NCBI GenBank assembly: GCA_963755125.1
Contig: CAVWIP010000008.1
Coordinates: 128,001-192,000 of the forward strand
DNA from: an uncultured delta proteobacterium
GTDB lineage: Bacteria; Myxococcota_A; Polyangia; Fen-1088
Length of the DNA: 64,000 bases
Direction of reading: 5' to 3'
Positions 53,265-62,432 of the stretch are shown piece after piece (positions within the stretch are counted from its first letter, which is position 1; each line of letters opens with the position of its first letter). The position numbers and the translations under genes are program-made. A model generated the notes under the pieces. That model did no database searches and was not told the DNA's origin. It saw only the letters and a program-made list of their open reading frames with translations.

Positions 53265-55370
53265 ATGCAAAATCGTTGGTCCGAGTCAGACGCTGCAGCC
53301 ATCGCTCAAGGCGCCGCTTGCGAAAGCAACCTTGCTGTCCTTGCCTATGCCACGCGGTTGCTCGGGTCCGACCCCGATCTGGCTTTGCACGGTGGCGGCA
53401 ATACCTCTTGCAAGTGCACGCTCGCGAACGTGCTGGGAGAGACGCAGTCCGCGCTCTTCATCAAGGCCTCCGGGATCAATCTTTCTGTGGCCCAGCCCAG
53501 CGATTTCGTCGCGCTGGACCTCGCGTATCTGCCCCGGCTGCTCGGCCTGTCCGCCTTGTCGGACGAAGCTATGGCCGGCGAATTTGCCTGCCATTGTTTG
53601 CGCGCCTCTTCTCGTCTTGCCTCGGTGGAAACCCTGGTTCACGCCGTGCTTCCCCACAGCTTCGTGATGCACACGCATCCCAGCGCCATCCTCGCGCTGA
53701 CCAATCGGACCGACGGCGCCCGGGCCGTCGCGGCGGCACTCGGGCAGGAAATCGCCATGGTTTCCTATGCGATGGCCGGTCTGGATCTCGGCCGTGCCGT
53801 GCGCGACACCATGGCCCGCCATCCGCAGGCCCACGCCCTCGTACTCATGCACCACGGGCTGGTGACCTGGGGAGCGACAGCCCGCGCGGCGTACGACGCG
53901 ACCATTGAACTGGTCAACTGCGCAGAAACCTATCTGGACGAGCACCGCACGCGCAGCCTGGGCACGCCTACGTCCGCCGAGGATCGCGAGCAGAAATATC
54001 TCAGACTCGCCCCAGTCATTCGCGGGGTGCTGGGTCCGGCCACGCCGGACGCGCTCGGCGACCGGGTCATCCTCGATCCCTTGCTCGATCCCAAAGTCGC
54101 GCAATGGATCGAAGCACCCGAGGGCAAGAACCTGGCTCTGTCAGCGCCGCTCACCACCGATTATCTGATCCGCTCCCGAAGGGTGCCGCTCTGGCTGGAC
54201 CGTGCCGCGCTCGACGACGTGAAGAAGTTCAGAGACGAACTGGCACAATCAGTCGCCGCCTACCAAGCCGAGTACCGGGCGTACGTACAAAAGCACGCGG
54301 GCGACGTCCGGGTCGCCAGCCAGCCGCGCAATTTTCTGCCTCGGGTGCTCATGATTCCGGGACTGGGCGTCGTGTGCGTCGGGGCGAACGCGACCGACGC
54401 GGCCATGGTTCGCGACATCACCCGGCAGGGGCTGGCCGTGAAGGCGACCATCCACCAGAGCGGCGCCGAGTATCTGTCGCTCGACGACCACCACCTGTTC
54501 GACATGGAATTCCGCGCGTACCAGCAGGCCAAGCTGGGTGGGCCTGGTCCTGACGACGCGGCCCACAGCTTGCGCGGCAGTGTTGCGCTGGTCACCGGCG
54601 CTGCCGGGGCCATTGGCTCCGGCATCTGCGCGGCCCTGCTTGCCACCGGTTGCCATGTAGCCGCGACCGATCTTCCTGGGCCCGCTCTCGACGGGCTCGT
54701 CGCTGACCTCGGGCAGCGCTACCCGTCGCAAATTGCGGCCGTGGCCATGGACGTGACCGACCCAGTATCGGTGACCGGCCGTTTTGCCCAGGTCATCCGC
54801 ACCTGGGGCGGCCTCGACTGCGTGATCGTCAACGCCGGGATCGCGCACGTGGCGCCCCTCGTCGAACTCGGTCTCGATGCCTTTCGCAAGCTCGAAAGCG
54901 TCAACGTGGAGGGCACGCTGCTGGTGCTGGCCGAGGCGGGCCGTCACTTCGCCTTGCAGGGCACAGGCGGCGACGTGATTCTGGTGTCAACCAAGAACGT
55001 CTTTGCCCCGGGCGCGGGCTTCGGCGCCTACAGCGCCACCAAGGCCGCTGCCCACCAACTGGCGCGCATTGCCAGCCTCGAATTCGCTCCGCTGGGCGTG
55101 CGGGTCAACATGGTCGCCCCTGATGCGGTCTTTTCCCACGGGCAGAAACGCTCTGGTTTGTGGGCCGCCGTCGGGCCCAACCGCATGAAGGCGCGCGGCC
55201 TCGACGAGCGCGGGCTGGAGGAATACTACCGCTCGCGCAATCTACTCAAAGCTGCCGTGACCGCCGAACACGTGGCGAGCGCCGTGCTGTTCTTCATCAC
55301 GCGCCAGACCCCCACGACCGGGGCGACCATTCCCGTCGACGGCGGCCTGCCCGACGCGACGCCGAGGTAG
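53265..55370 (+). CDS. Bifunctional class II aldolase / short-chain dehydrogenase (RhaEW-like)
   Basis: GGGNTS.K, SVETLVH, HTH, HGL; TGAAGAIG, NAG, YSATK. Confidence 0.9.
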   Translation: MQNRWSESDAAAIAQGAACESNLAVLAYATRLLGSDPDLALHGGGNTSCKCTLANVLGETQSALFIKASGINLSVAQPSDFVALDLAYLPRLLGLSALSDEAMAGEFACHCLRASSRLASVETLVHAVLPHSFVMHTHPSAILALTNRTDGARAVAAALGQEIAMVSYAMAGLDLGRAVRDTMARHPQAHALVLMHHGLVTWGATARAAYDATIELVNCAETYLDEHRTRSLGTPTSAEDREQKYLRLAPVIRGVLGPATPDALGDRVILDPLLDPKVAQWIEAPEGKNLALSAPLTTDYLIRSRRVPLWLDRAALDDVKKFRDELAQSVAAYQAEYRAYVQKHAGDVRVASQPRNFLPRVLMIPGLGVVCVGANATDAAMVRDITRQGLAVKATIHQSGAEYLSLDDHHLFDMEFRAYQQAKLGGPGPDDAAHSLRGSVALVTGAAGAIGSGICAALLATGCHVAATDLPGPALDGLVADLGQRYPSQIAAVAMDVTDPVSVTGRFAQVIRTWGGLDCVIVNAGIAHVAPLVELGLDAFRKLESVNVEGTLLVLAEAGRHFALQGTGGDVILVSTKNVFAPGAGFGAYSATKAAAHQLARIASLEFAPLGVRVNMVAPDAVFSHGQKRSGLWAAVGPNRMKARGLDERGLEEYYRSRNLLKAAVTAEHVASAVLFFITRQTPTTGATIPVDGGLPDATPR

Positions 55371-55693
55371 TAGGACCGTCCCCTTCAGTGTGAATCCTCG
55401 GCCGCGATAGCGGTAGTATCGCCTCGCAAGTTGCGAAAACCTCCCGCTGGCAACCTTCGACGTGAAGCTACACGCAGCGTTCCCAGAGGTTGCCGTCCGC
55501 CCGAAGGTTCCCACTCCGCAACACTGAACCTGTCCGGCTGACGTTATGCCAACGAGCGGAGGGTACTCAACCGTTCGTCCATCTTCATCGGTCCGCCTCA
55601 TGGCGCGGTATGGGCAGCGCTACGGTTCGAGCACCATTCCAGCGTGCGCATCTAACTTGTCCCGAACCCACTAGGCAACGCTCCCTTCTGACA

Positions 55694-56557
55694 CTACTCC
55701 GCGGGAGTGACCTTGGCCGAGGTTGTTCCCAGGCAATCCCGGCCAATAGCCTCGATCTTGGTCTTTGGCCACTTTGAGATTTCGCCTTCAGAGTATTTGC
55801 CGATCTGGGATGCCGTGCAGTTGCAGTAGGGGATTGCGGCATCTACGCCGAGACTCTGCCGCGCCGTCTTGAAGCAGCCACTGAAGGCTACCATTCGCCG
55901 AGTCTCGCTCGCGGTGAGTTTGGCCTTCACCCAGCTCAGGCACTGCTCGCGCGAGAAGATCGCAACTTCTTTGACCTGGCCACACTTGTATAGAAGGTGG
56001 TCTCCTTCGTCGGTTCCCGGGCACTCGTGCCCTCGTCGCGCCGCAAAGATGCCTCTCAAGTCCTCGCTCTTCCGCTCAAGAGGCAGGCAGACCTGTCCGC
56101 CACCATCAAAGGAAATGTTCCAGAAGATTGTCTTCCACGGCGGGCCGTCGGCCTTTGCACCCTGGGTGGCAAGCTCAGATGGCAGGACCGCAAACTGCCG
56201 CTCTACCTCCACGAGGCATGTCTCCATCGCCTGCTTGACCCGCTTGGACGGTGGCGACACCTCGTTGTTGATGCCGTACTTTGCAAACATGGCTCCAACC
56301 GCATAGCCACAGGCAAACGCAGCAACCTCCTTCTGCTGTGCAAGTTCACCGCTCTTCTGCATCCGCGATAGGCTTCCGCGACAGCTGTCGTATCCGCGAC
56401 GGAGAAACTCGGCCCGCTGTTCCTCGGAGACCTGTGGCAGCACCCGCTGCGCAACAACCATGCCGGTGTTGCAGGCATGGCTGTACATCTCCGCCGTCAC
56501 ATCGCGCGTTTGACCACTCTGCCCCAGGATCATAGCCAACAGGACCGGACTAATCAT
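55694..56557 (-). CDS. Hypothetical Cys-rich, probably exported protein
   Basis: Short hydrophobic N-terminus; 12 Cys; GAGGAGA RBS; 8-bp overlap with the upstream gene. Confidence 0.7.
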   Translation of the reverse strand: MISPVLLAMILGQSGQTRDVTAEMYSHACNTGMVVAQRVLPQVSEEQRAEFLRRGYDSCRGSLSRMQKSGELAQQKEVAAFACGYAVGAMFAKYGINNEVSPPSKRVKQAMETCLVEVERQFAVLPSELATQGAKADGPPWKTIFWNISFDGGGQVCLPLERKSEDLRGIFAARRGHECPGTDEGDHLLYKCGQVKEVAIFSREQCLSWVKAKLTASETRRMVAFSGCFKTARQSLGVDAAIPYCNCTASQIGKYSEGEISKWPKTKIEAIGRDCLGTTSAKVTPAE

Positions 56558-57164
56558 TGGAATCTCCTCGGAGAGTTTGTGCGCCCGTCGGCCCGGGATC
56601 GGCCGGGTTTGTGGAATTTGGGCGTTCCTCGACCGTCATGGTTGGCGAAGTGCCAAACCTCTTCGCATGGTGCTGGTGTATGCGAAGGTGAAGGAGGATG
56701 CATCCCGCGTCGAAGGCTTCGACCATTGCAGCACCTAGCCGGGGCTCGTTCACGAACATCATGGCTTCCTCGATTGCCGTTCCAAATGACGGCACCGCGA
56801 AACCACGTGCGGGGTCGAAAGAAACGACGTTCTCATCGAGAACTCGCATCTGCGGCAGCTCACTCAACGTCTGCGCCGCACTTCTGTAGGAGCCATGAAC
56901 CAACATGTTCCTAAGAAGCAGGCACCTTTGGAGATAGTCGGCCTCCTGCGGATTCCTGATTCCGCAGCTGGACCTGAGGATCGAGAGCAGCTTGCTCAAC
57001 TTGGCAAAGCCGTTGCTTGCGGCCATCCGGTGGCGGTAGTCGCTGCTGAGTTTCTTCGCCTGAGGGTGGGCGTCGATGAGGAAGAGGATTGCCCACTCGA
57101 ACTCGCAGGCCGCCGCCATCACGGGGCCAAGTCGAGGACCGAGAACCATCTTCTGCATCAGCAT
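56550..57164 (-). CDS. Hypothetical protein with HEPN-like Rx4H motif
   Basis: Helical; G.V...CEFE and LRNMLVHG; GAGGT RBS. Confidence 0.6.
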   Translation of the reverse strand: MLMQKMVLGPRLGPVMAAACEFEWAILFLIDAHPQAKKLSSDYRHRMAASNGFAKLSKLLSILRSSCGIRNPQEADYLQRCLLLRNMLVHGSYRSAAQTLSELPQMRVLDENVVSFDPARGFAVPSFGTAIEEAMMFVNEPRLGAAMVEAFDAGCILLHLRIHQHHAKRFGTSPTMTVEERPNSTNPADPGPTGAQTLRGDSND

Positions 57165-57406
57165 GAATGCACCTCACGTCTGCCGACACTCTATTAACCT
57201 GCGAAGAATAACCAATATCCCAGCAATAGTCGCACGTCCTTGCGACCGGGATCAATCCATGCGCACCTGTGATTCCGCCGTATTGGCCAACCTCGGTCTT
57301 TGAAAGGAGGCCGTTTGGCTTGTCGGATAACCAGGCCGCACTTGCTGGATAAGCAGATAAGAAGACATGGCAGCGCCGCCTGTTCTCAACGGCATAGAAG
57401 GCTCGT

Positions 57407-58102
57407 TCACGCGATCATGCGCGCAATCAGGAACGCGGCCGCGGCGGCCAGGCCACCGACCGCCAGGGTCTGCAGCCCGCCTCGCAAGAGAGGCATGGCG
57501 GTCACGCGGGCTTTGACGAAGCCGAAGCCGAACAGCGCTGCGGCGGTGAAGGCGGCCGAGATCACCAGCCCCACCCTCACCGTCGCGGTCAGCATATAGG
57601 GCAAGAGCGGAATCAGGCCGCCCACGATGTACGCGCCCGCGATGGTCAGCGCGCTCCGACGCGCGCGGCGCGGGTCAGGCTCGGCCAGGCCCAGTTCGAA
57701 GCGCATCATGAAGTCCACCCAGCGGGTCCGGTCTGCGCTGATGTGATCGAGGATCGGCTGCATGGCCTCCTCGGACAGGCCATAGCCGCGAAAAACCTCC
57801 GCGACTTCCTCGCGCTCCTGGGCCGGCTTGGTTTCGGTTTCCTCGACCTCGCGGGCGCGCTCGGTCTGGTAGTGCTCACGGTCAGCGCGTGCGGCGAGAT
57901 ACCCGCCCAGGCCCATGGCAATGGCCCCGGCCGCCAGCTCGGCCAACCCGGCCGTGATCACGATGCGGTTGGCAGCCGCCGCGCCCGACAGCCCAGCCGC
58001 CAAAGCAAAGGGCACAGTCAGTCCGTCGGACATGCCGATGACCACGTCGCGCACCGCCTCGCTGGCGGTGAAGTGCTTCTCGATATGGGGCGTGCTGGGC
58101 AT
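57407..58102 (-). CDS. VIT1/CCC1 family Fe/Mn transporter
   Basis: RDVVIGMSDGLTVPFALAAG, AMGLGGYLA, MMRFELGL. Confidence 0.95.
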   Translation of the reverse strand: MPSTPHIEKHFTASEAVRDVVIGMSDGLTVPFALAAGLSGAAAANRIVITAGLAELAAGAIAMGLGGYLAARADREHYQTERAREVEETETKPAQEREEVAEVFRGYGLSEEAMQPILDHISADRTRWVDFMMRFELGLAEPDPRRARRSALTIAGAYIVGGLIPLLPYMLTATVRVGLVISAAFTAAALFGFGFVKARVTAMPLLRGGLQTLAVGGLAAAAAFLIARMIA

Positions 58103-58142
58103 GATTCGCGCTAGGGTAGCGCAGATGCGGCGAAACCTGTGA

Positions 58143-58155
58143 AACATGTTAACAT
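58143..58155. promoter_or_regulatory. Overlapping palindromes, probable TA operator
   Basis: AACATGTT and ATGTTAACAT immediately upstream of the antitoxin ATG. Confidence 0.5.
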
Positions 58156-58161
58156 AGGGGC

Positions 58162-58425
58162 ATGACTCGGATGACGGTACGCGACGTGCGACTGCACTGG
58201 CCCCAGGCAGAAAAGGCCCTGGCCCAAGGTGAGGAAATCGTGGTCACCCGCGATGCAAAGCCGGTTGCTCGTCTTCTGCCCTTCATCCCTGCCACATCGC
58301 GCGTTCGCCGACACTTCGATCCGGAATTGCATCTGCGGCGACTCCGCCGCTTCTGGGGGAGCCAGCCTGCCCAACCGTCAACCGACGAATGGCTGTCACG
58401 AGATCGAGCAGACGGGCCAGGCTGA
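58162..58425 (+). CDS. Phd/YefM-type antitoxin
   Basis: MTVRDVR...GEEIVVTRDAKPVARL; precedes a PIN gene. Confidence 0.85.
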   Translation: MTRMTVRDVRLHWPQAEKALAQGEEIVVTRDAKPVARLLPFIPATSRVRRHFDPELHLRRLRRFWGSQPAQPSTDEWLSRDRADGPG

Positions 58426-58437
58426 CCCGGCGCCGCG

Positions 58438-58872
58438 ATGAGCCTGTACCTCGACGCCAGTTGTTTGCTCAAGCTGCTCTTCGCGGAGCCCGAGAGTTTG
58501 AAGACATCCCGCTTGGTGGCAGCCGAGCCTGATGTGGTGGTGTCGTCCCTGGCCCGCCTTGAAGCCCTGGTTCAGATCCAGGGCCGCGCCGCGGGGGGAA
58601 TGCTCACCGCGCGCTCGGCGGCCACGCTCGCCCGCTTGCTTGACCAGACCCTTGCGTCAGCGCCCTTCAACCTCGTGAACACGCCGGCCGGAATTGACGG
58701 TGTGGCGGCCGGCCAGCTCTTTCCCATCGGTCGTTCGGTCCACTGTCGAACCCTGGACCGCCTGCACCTGGCCGCCATGCAGGCGCTCGGCGTGCGCCGC
58801 CTGCTGACCAACGACGACGTTCAGGCCCGCGCCGCTTCTGCGCTCGGCTTCGAGGTACTGCGTCCGCGGTAG
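58438..58872 (+). CDS. PIN-domain (VapC) toxin
   Basis: YLDAS, SSLARLE, RTLDRLHLA, TNDD: acidic tetrad present. Confidence 0.9.
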   Translation: MSLYLDASCLLKLLFAEPESLKTSRLVAAEPDVVVSSLARLEALVQIQGRAAGGMLTARSAATLARLLDQTLASAPFNLVNTPAGIDGVAAGQLFPIGRSVHCRTLDRLHLAAMQALGVRRLLTNDDVQARAASALGFEVLRPR

Positions 58873-58875
58873 CAG

Positions 58876-59625
58876 TTACGTTCGCACTCCGGCGGCGGCG
58901 CGCAGCGCTCTGATTTCGCCTTTGCTCAGATCGCGCGAGCCACCCATTTTCAGGCCCTCGAAGGACATCTCACCCAGGCGCACGCGAGAGATCTTCAACA
59001 GTTGATGCCGGATGGTCTCGCCCGCGGCCTTGAGCGCGCGTGGCCGGCTCTCGGGCACCACCATCTCGATCCAGATGTTCTTGCCCGTGGTCGCCAGGGC
59101 CTCGACCTTGATCGGGCGCACCGGAGCACCATTGAAGCGCCAGCCGCGCTGCAGACGTTCCAGTTCGGATTCTCCCATCGCGCCCTGAAACTTCAGGTGG
59201 TAGGTCATGGGCACGTGCCCCCCGCCGCGCGACATGCGTTCGGCCAGAGCGCCGTCGGTGGTCAGCAGGATCACGCCCTCGGCAAGAAAATCGAGTGGCG
59301 CCACCACCTGCCAGCCCAGCTCGCGGTCGGGCACGTAGCGGGCCAGCGTGGGACGCGCGACGTTCTCGCGCGGCGCCGATTTGTCGGGGCTGGGCCGATC
59401 CAGGGTTGCCAGGCAGCCGCGCGGCTTGAGCAGGAGTCGATACAGCGGATCCTCGACGTGGACGCGCCGGCCGTTGACCTCGACCCGGTCGCGGCGCTCG
59501 TGCACCTGCACGCCCAGGGTGGTGATCACGTTGCCGTTGACTGTGACCGCGCCCGCGGCAATCAGCTCTTCGGCGCGGCGACGGGACGCCACCCCGGCGG
59601 CAGCCAGAAGTTTCTGCAGTCTCAA
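58876..59625 (-). CDS. rluB: RsuA/RluB-family pseudouridine synthase with divergent active-site motif
   Basis: RLQKLLA.AGVASRR S4 domain, KPRG; APLD in place of GRLD; follows scpB. Confidence 0.8.
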   Translation of the reverse strand: MRLQKLLAAAGVASRRRAEELIAAGAVTVNGNVITTLGVQVHERRDRVEVNGRRVHVEDPLYRLLLKPRGCLATLDRPSPDKSAPRENVARPTLARYVPDRELGWQVVAPLDFLAEGVILLTTDGALAERMSRGGGHVPMTYHLKFQGAMGESELERLQRGWRFNGAPVRPIKVEALATTGKNIWIEMVVPESRPRALKAAGETIRHQLLKISRVRLGEMSFEGLKMGGSRDLSKGEIRALRAAAGVRT

Positions 59626-59657
59626 GATGACACCCTCTTTGCCTGCGCTCGCTTCGA

Positions 59658-60806
59658 CTACGAACCGCTGGTCGGCTCTCCGGGCGGCGTGGCCGGCTCA
59701 GGCTCCGACTCAGAAGCCGCTTCCCCCTCCGCCTCACGGGCCGCGCCCAGAATCTTGGCGGTGACCTTGGTGGCGCTCTCCAGCTCATCGAGCAGTGGAT
59801 CGTTCTCCTCGGGCTCGTCGGGAAGCTCCGAGCGCGGCACGAAGCTCAGGCTGTGCCCCGACGCGCTCGAACCCGCCGCAGCGGCTGCACCTGTCGCGCT
59901 CCCCGCAGCCCGCGATGAATCGGCTCCCGACGCCGGACCGTGCTCGGCCTCCACGCGCGCCTGCTGCTCGGAAGACAACTCGGCGTATTCGCGCAAGGTG
60001 GGCAGGTCACTCAGCTCACCCAGACTGAACACGCGCAGGAACTCGGGCGTCGTTCCATAGAGCAGCGGGCGCCCGACTTCTTCCTTCTTGCCGATGATGC
60101 GAATCAGTCCGCGGTCGAGCAAGGTCTTGAGCACCGGCCCGCAGTCGACGCCGCGGATCTCGTCAATCTCGGGCCGCGTGACCGGCTGGCGGTAAGCGAC
60201 AATAGCCAGGGTTTCCATCATGGCGCGCGACAGGCGCATGGGCCGGCCGGCCAGCAGCTTGGACACCCAGCGCGCATACTCGGGGTTGGTGCGCAGGTGC
60301 CAGCCGTTTGCCACGCGTACCACTTCGATGCCTGAACCCTGGCGCCGCTCCAGCAGTGCCTCGACGGCCGCGCTGACCTTCTTGCCGTCACGCTCGCCCA
60401 GCAGGCGCTTCAGTTCGGCGAGGCCCAACACCTTGTCGGACGCAAACAACAAACTCTCGATGATCGATTCCATCTGCGAGGCATCGAGCACCACCAGCGC
60501 TTCCTCGGCTGTCTCGTCAGCAACCGGGGCAACCTCGCCGTCGGATGTCTTCCCGCCCGCCAGCGCGTCCCCGCCTTCGGCTGACTCGGCCCACACCGCC
60601 TCATCCGCGGCGCTTTCTTCCGCCTCGGTACTGCCAGTCTCGGCCGCAGCGACGCGGTCCTTGGCCCACACATCGGCTTCGACGCTCACTGCCGCTTCAC
60701 TCGCCGGCTCCGTTGCACCGGCGGCTGTCTCGACTGCGGGTTTGGGTTCGATCGGTGCTTGCGCCTCGTCGTTCTTGGCGCGTGGGGGTCGCTTACGTTT
60801 GGCCAT
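59658..60806 (-). CDS. scpB: SMC-Scp complex subunit ScpB with acidic extensions
   Basis: IESLLF, LSRAMMETLAIVAYRQPVTR..I..IRGV, GRPLLYGTT.EFL. Confidence 0.95.
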   Translation of the reverse strand: MAKRKRPPRAKNDEAQAPIEPKPAVETAAGATEPASEAAVSVEADVWAKDRVAAAETGSTEAEESAADEAVWAESAEGGDALAGGKTSDGEVAPVADETAEEALVVLDASQMESIIESLLFASDKVLGLAELKRLLGERDGKKVSAAVEALLERRQGSGIEVVRVANGWHLRTNPEYARWVSKLLAGRPMRLSRAMMETLAIVAYRQPVTRPEIDEIRGVDCGPVLKTLLDRGLIRIIGKKEEVGRPLLYGTTPEFLRVFSLGELSDLPTLREYAELSSEQQARVEAEHGPASGADSSRAAGSATGAAAAAGSSASGHSLSFVPRSELPDEPEENDPLLDELESATKVTAKILGAAREAEGEAASESEPEPATPPGEPTSGS

Positions 60807-61686
60807 CGGGCTCTCCACCACCCTCTTTGGGCGCAGTCTCTAGCACGGAAGTCGGCTGCATGACCCGGGCCTGTTCCAATGCGGCGCCCTCGACCCTGGT
60901 GATCAAGAACGCGCCGCTGGCCAGATCTTGCAGCACGCGGATCACCTTGAGGCGCGCCAGCTCGAGGATCGCCAGCAGGGACACCACCACGTTGTGGCGC
61001 AACTGAGCCTCGCCCAGATCGTGCCCGACGATGTCGTCGAACCGGACGCTGCCCGATGCCGCTTCCAGGCTGTCGATCACGTGGTTGATGCGATCAGTGA
61101 TCGAGATGCGATCGATCACCACGTCGTGGGTGTGCTTGGGCGCTGCCTTGGACAGGACCTGCGCCCATTGCTCGATAAGCTTCCACACCGAGTGCTCGGC
61201 GAAACCGGCTTCGCCGCCGCTCTCCAGTGGGACGCCGCGGGAAAAAACCGTGCGGCCCTCGATGGGTCGATTGCCCAGCCGCTCGGCCGCATCCTTGTAC
61301 TTCTGGTATTCGAGCAGCCGGCGAATCAACTCCTCGCGCGGGTCGAGCGCCTCTTCCTGCTCGTCCGCTGCCTCCAGAGGCTCGGGCGACGGCACCAGCT
61401 CGCGCGACTTGAGATAGACCAGGTGCGCGGCCATGACCAGGTATTCGGCCGCCAATTCCACCGCCATGCCTTCCATCATGTCGAGATATTCGCAGTACTT
61501 TTCCGCGACGAAGGCGATGGGAATGTTCAGGATGTCCAGCTCGTGCGTCTGACACAGGTGCAGCAGCAGATCGAGCGGTCCCTCGAACTCGGGCAGGGTC
61601 AGACGATAGGCCGCGCCGGGCGGAGTCTCGGCGCCGTGCCTCTCGAAAGCCGGCGGCCGACTGGCCATGGGATGCTCGTCGCTCAT
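60793..61686 (-). CDS. scpA: Segregation and condensation protein A
   Basis: FEGPLDLLL, AAEYLVMAA..KSR, LLEYQKYK, LAILEL. Confidence 0.95.
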   Translation of the reverse strand: MSDEHPMASRPPAFERHGAETPPGAAYRLTLPEFEGPLDLLLHLCQTHELDILNIPIAFVAEKYCEYLDMMEGMAVELAAEYLVMAAHLVYLKSRELVPSPEPLEAADEQEEALDPREELIRRLLEYQKYKDAAERLGNRPIEGRTVFSRGVPLESGGEAGFAEHSVWKLIEQWAQVLSKAAPKHTHDVVIDRISITDRINHVIDSLEAASGSVRFDDIVGHDLGEAQLRHNVVVSLLAILELARLKVIRVLQDLASGAFLITRVEGAALEQARVMQPTSVLETAPKEGGGEPDGQT

Positions 61687-62366
61687 CAGTTGATCGCCCA
61701 CTCAAGTCCGACTTGCCAGAGACCAATCACCATTCTCATGGGAAACATCACGATATTCAGAAGGGGCAACCCCAGCATGGGGCTCAACACCAGGAGAAAC
61801 AGGATGAATACACCGTAGCGCTGCAAGACATCGACAAATCCCTGCCAGGAGCGTGGCAGCACCCACGCCAGGACCGCGCCCCCGTCGAGCGGCGGAATGG
61901 GCAGCAGGTTGAAGCACATCAGAATCAGATTGAGTTGCACGAGATAGTTGAAGATCGCACCCTGGAACCGCGCCGAGGCTCCCGTGTGAGAGGCGACCAC
62001 GATGACCATCGACGCGATCAGCGCCATGAGCAGATTCATGGTCGGCCCGGCAATCGCCACCAGCATGCGGCCGGTGTTCACTTTGAAACGGCGCGTGTAG
62101 GCGAGCGGATTGGTCTGCACCGGGCGGCCCCAGGCCATGAGAGGCAAAGGCGCCGGGCTGACGACCGAGATGAAAGGGATCAGGAGAGTGCCCACGGGAT
62201 CGATGTGGTGCAGCGGCGAGAGGGTCAGGCGGCCCTGCATGCGCGGGGTCGGATCCCCCAGCCGGTTGGCCACCCAGGCGTGGCCGAACTCGTGCACCGA
62301 TACGCAGAGAACGAACGCGATCAAATAGAGAATCGCTTGCTGAACCTGATCAACGCCGATGTTCAA
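61686..62366 (-). CDS. Site-2 protease (M50) family protein
   Basis: HEFGH, AGPTMN, FNLLPIPPLDG. Confidence 0.95.
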   Translation of the reverse strand: MNIGVDQVQQAILYLIAFVLCVSVHEFGHAWVANRLGDPTPRMQGRLTLSPLHHIDPVGTLLIPFISVVSPAPLPLMAWGRPVQTNPLAYTRRFKVNTGRMLVAIAGPTMNLLMALIASMVIVVASHTGASARFQGAIFNYLVQLNLILMCFNLLPIPPLDGGAVLAWVLPRSWQGFVDVLQRYGVFILFLLVLSPMLGLPLLNIVMFPMRMVIGLWQVGLEWAIN

Positions 62367-62432
62367 CGGACATCCTTGGGCAGTGGCCTACCCCGGATAT
62401 AGCCGACGCCCTCCCGCATGGTCAACGAGCGA

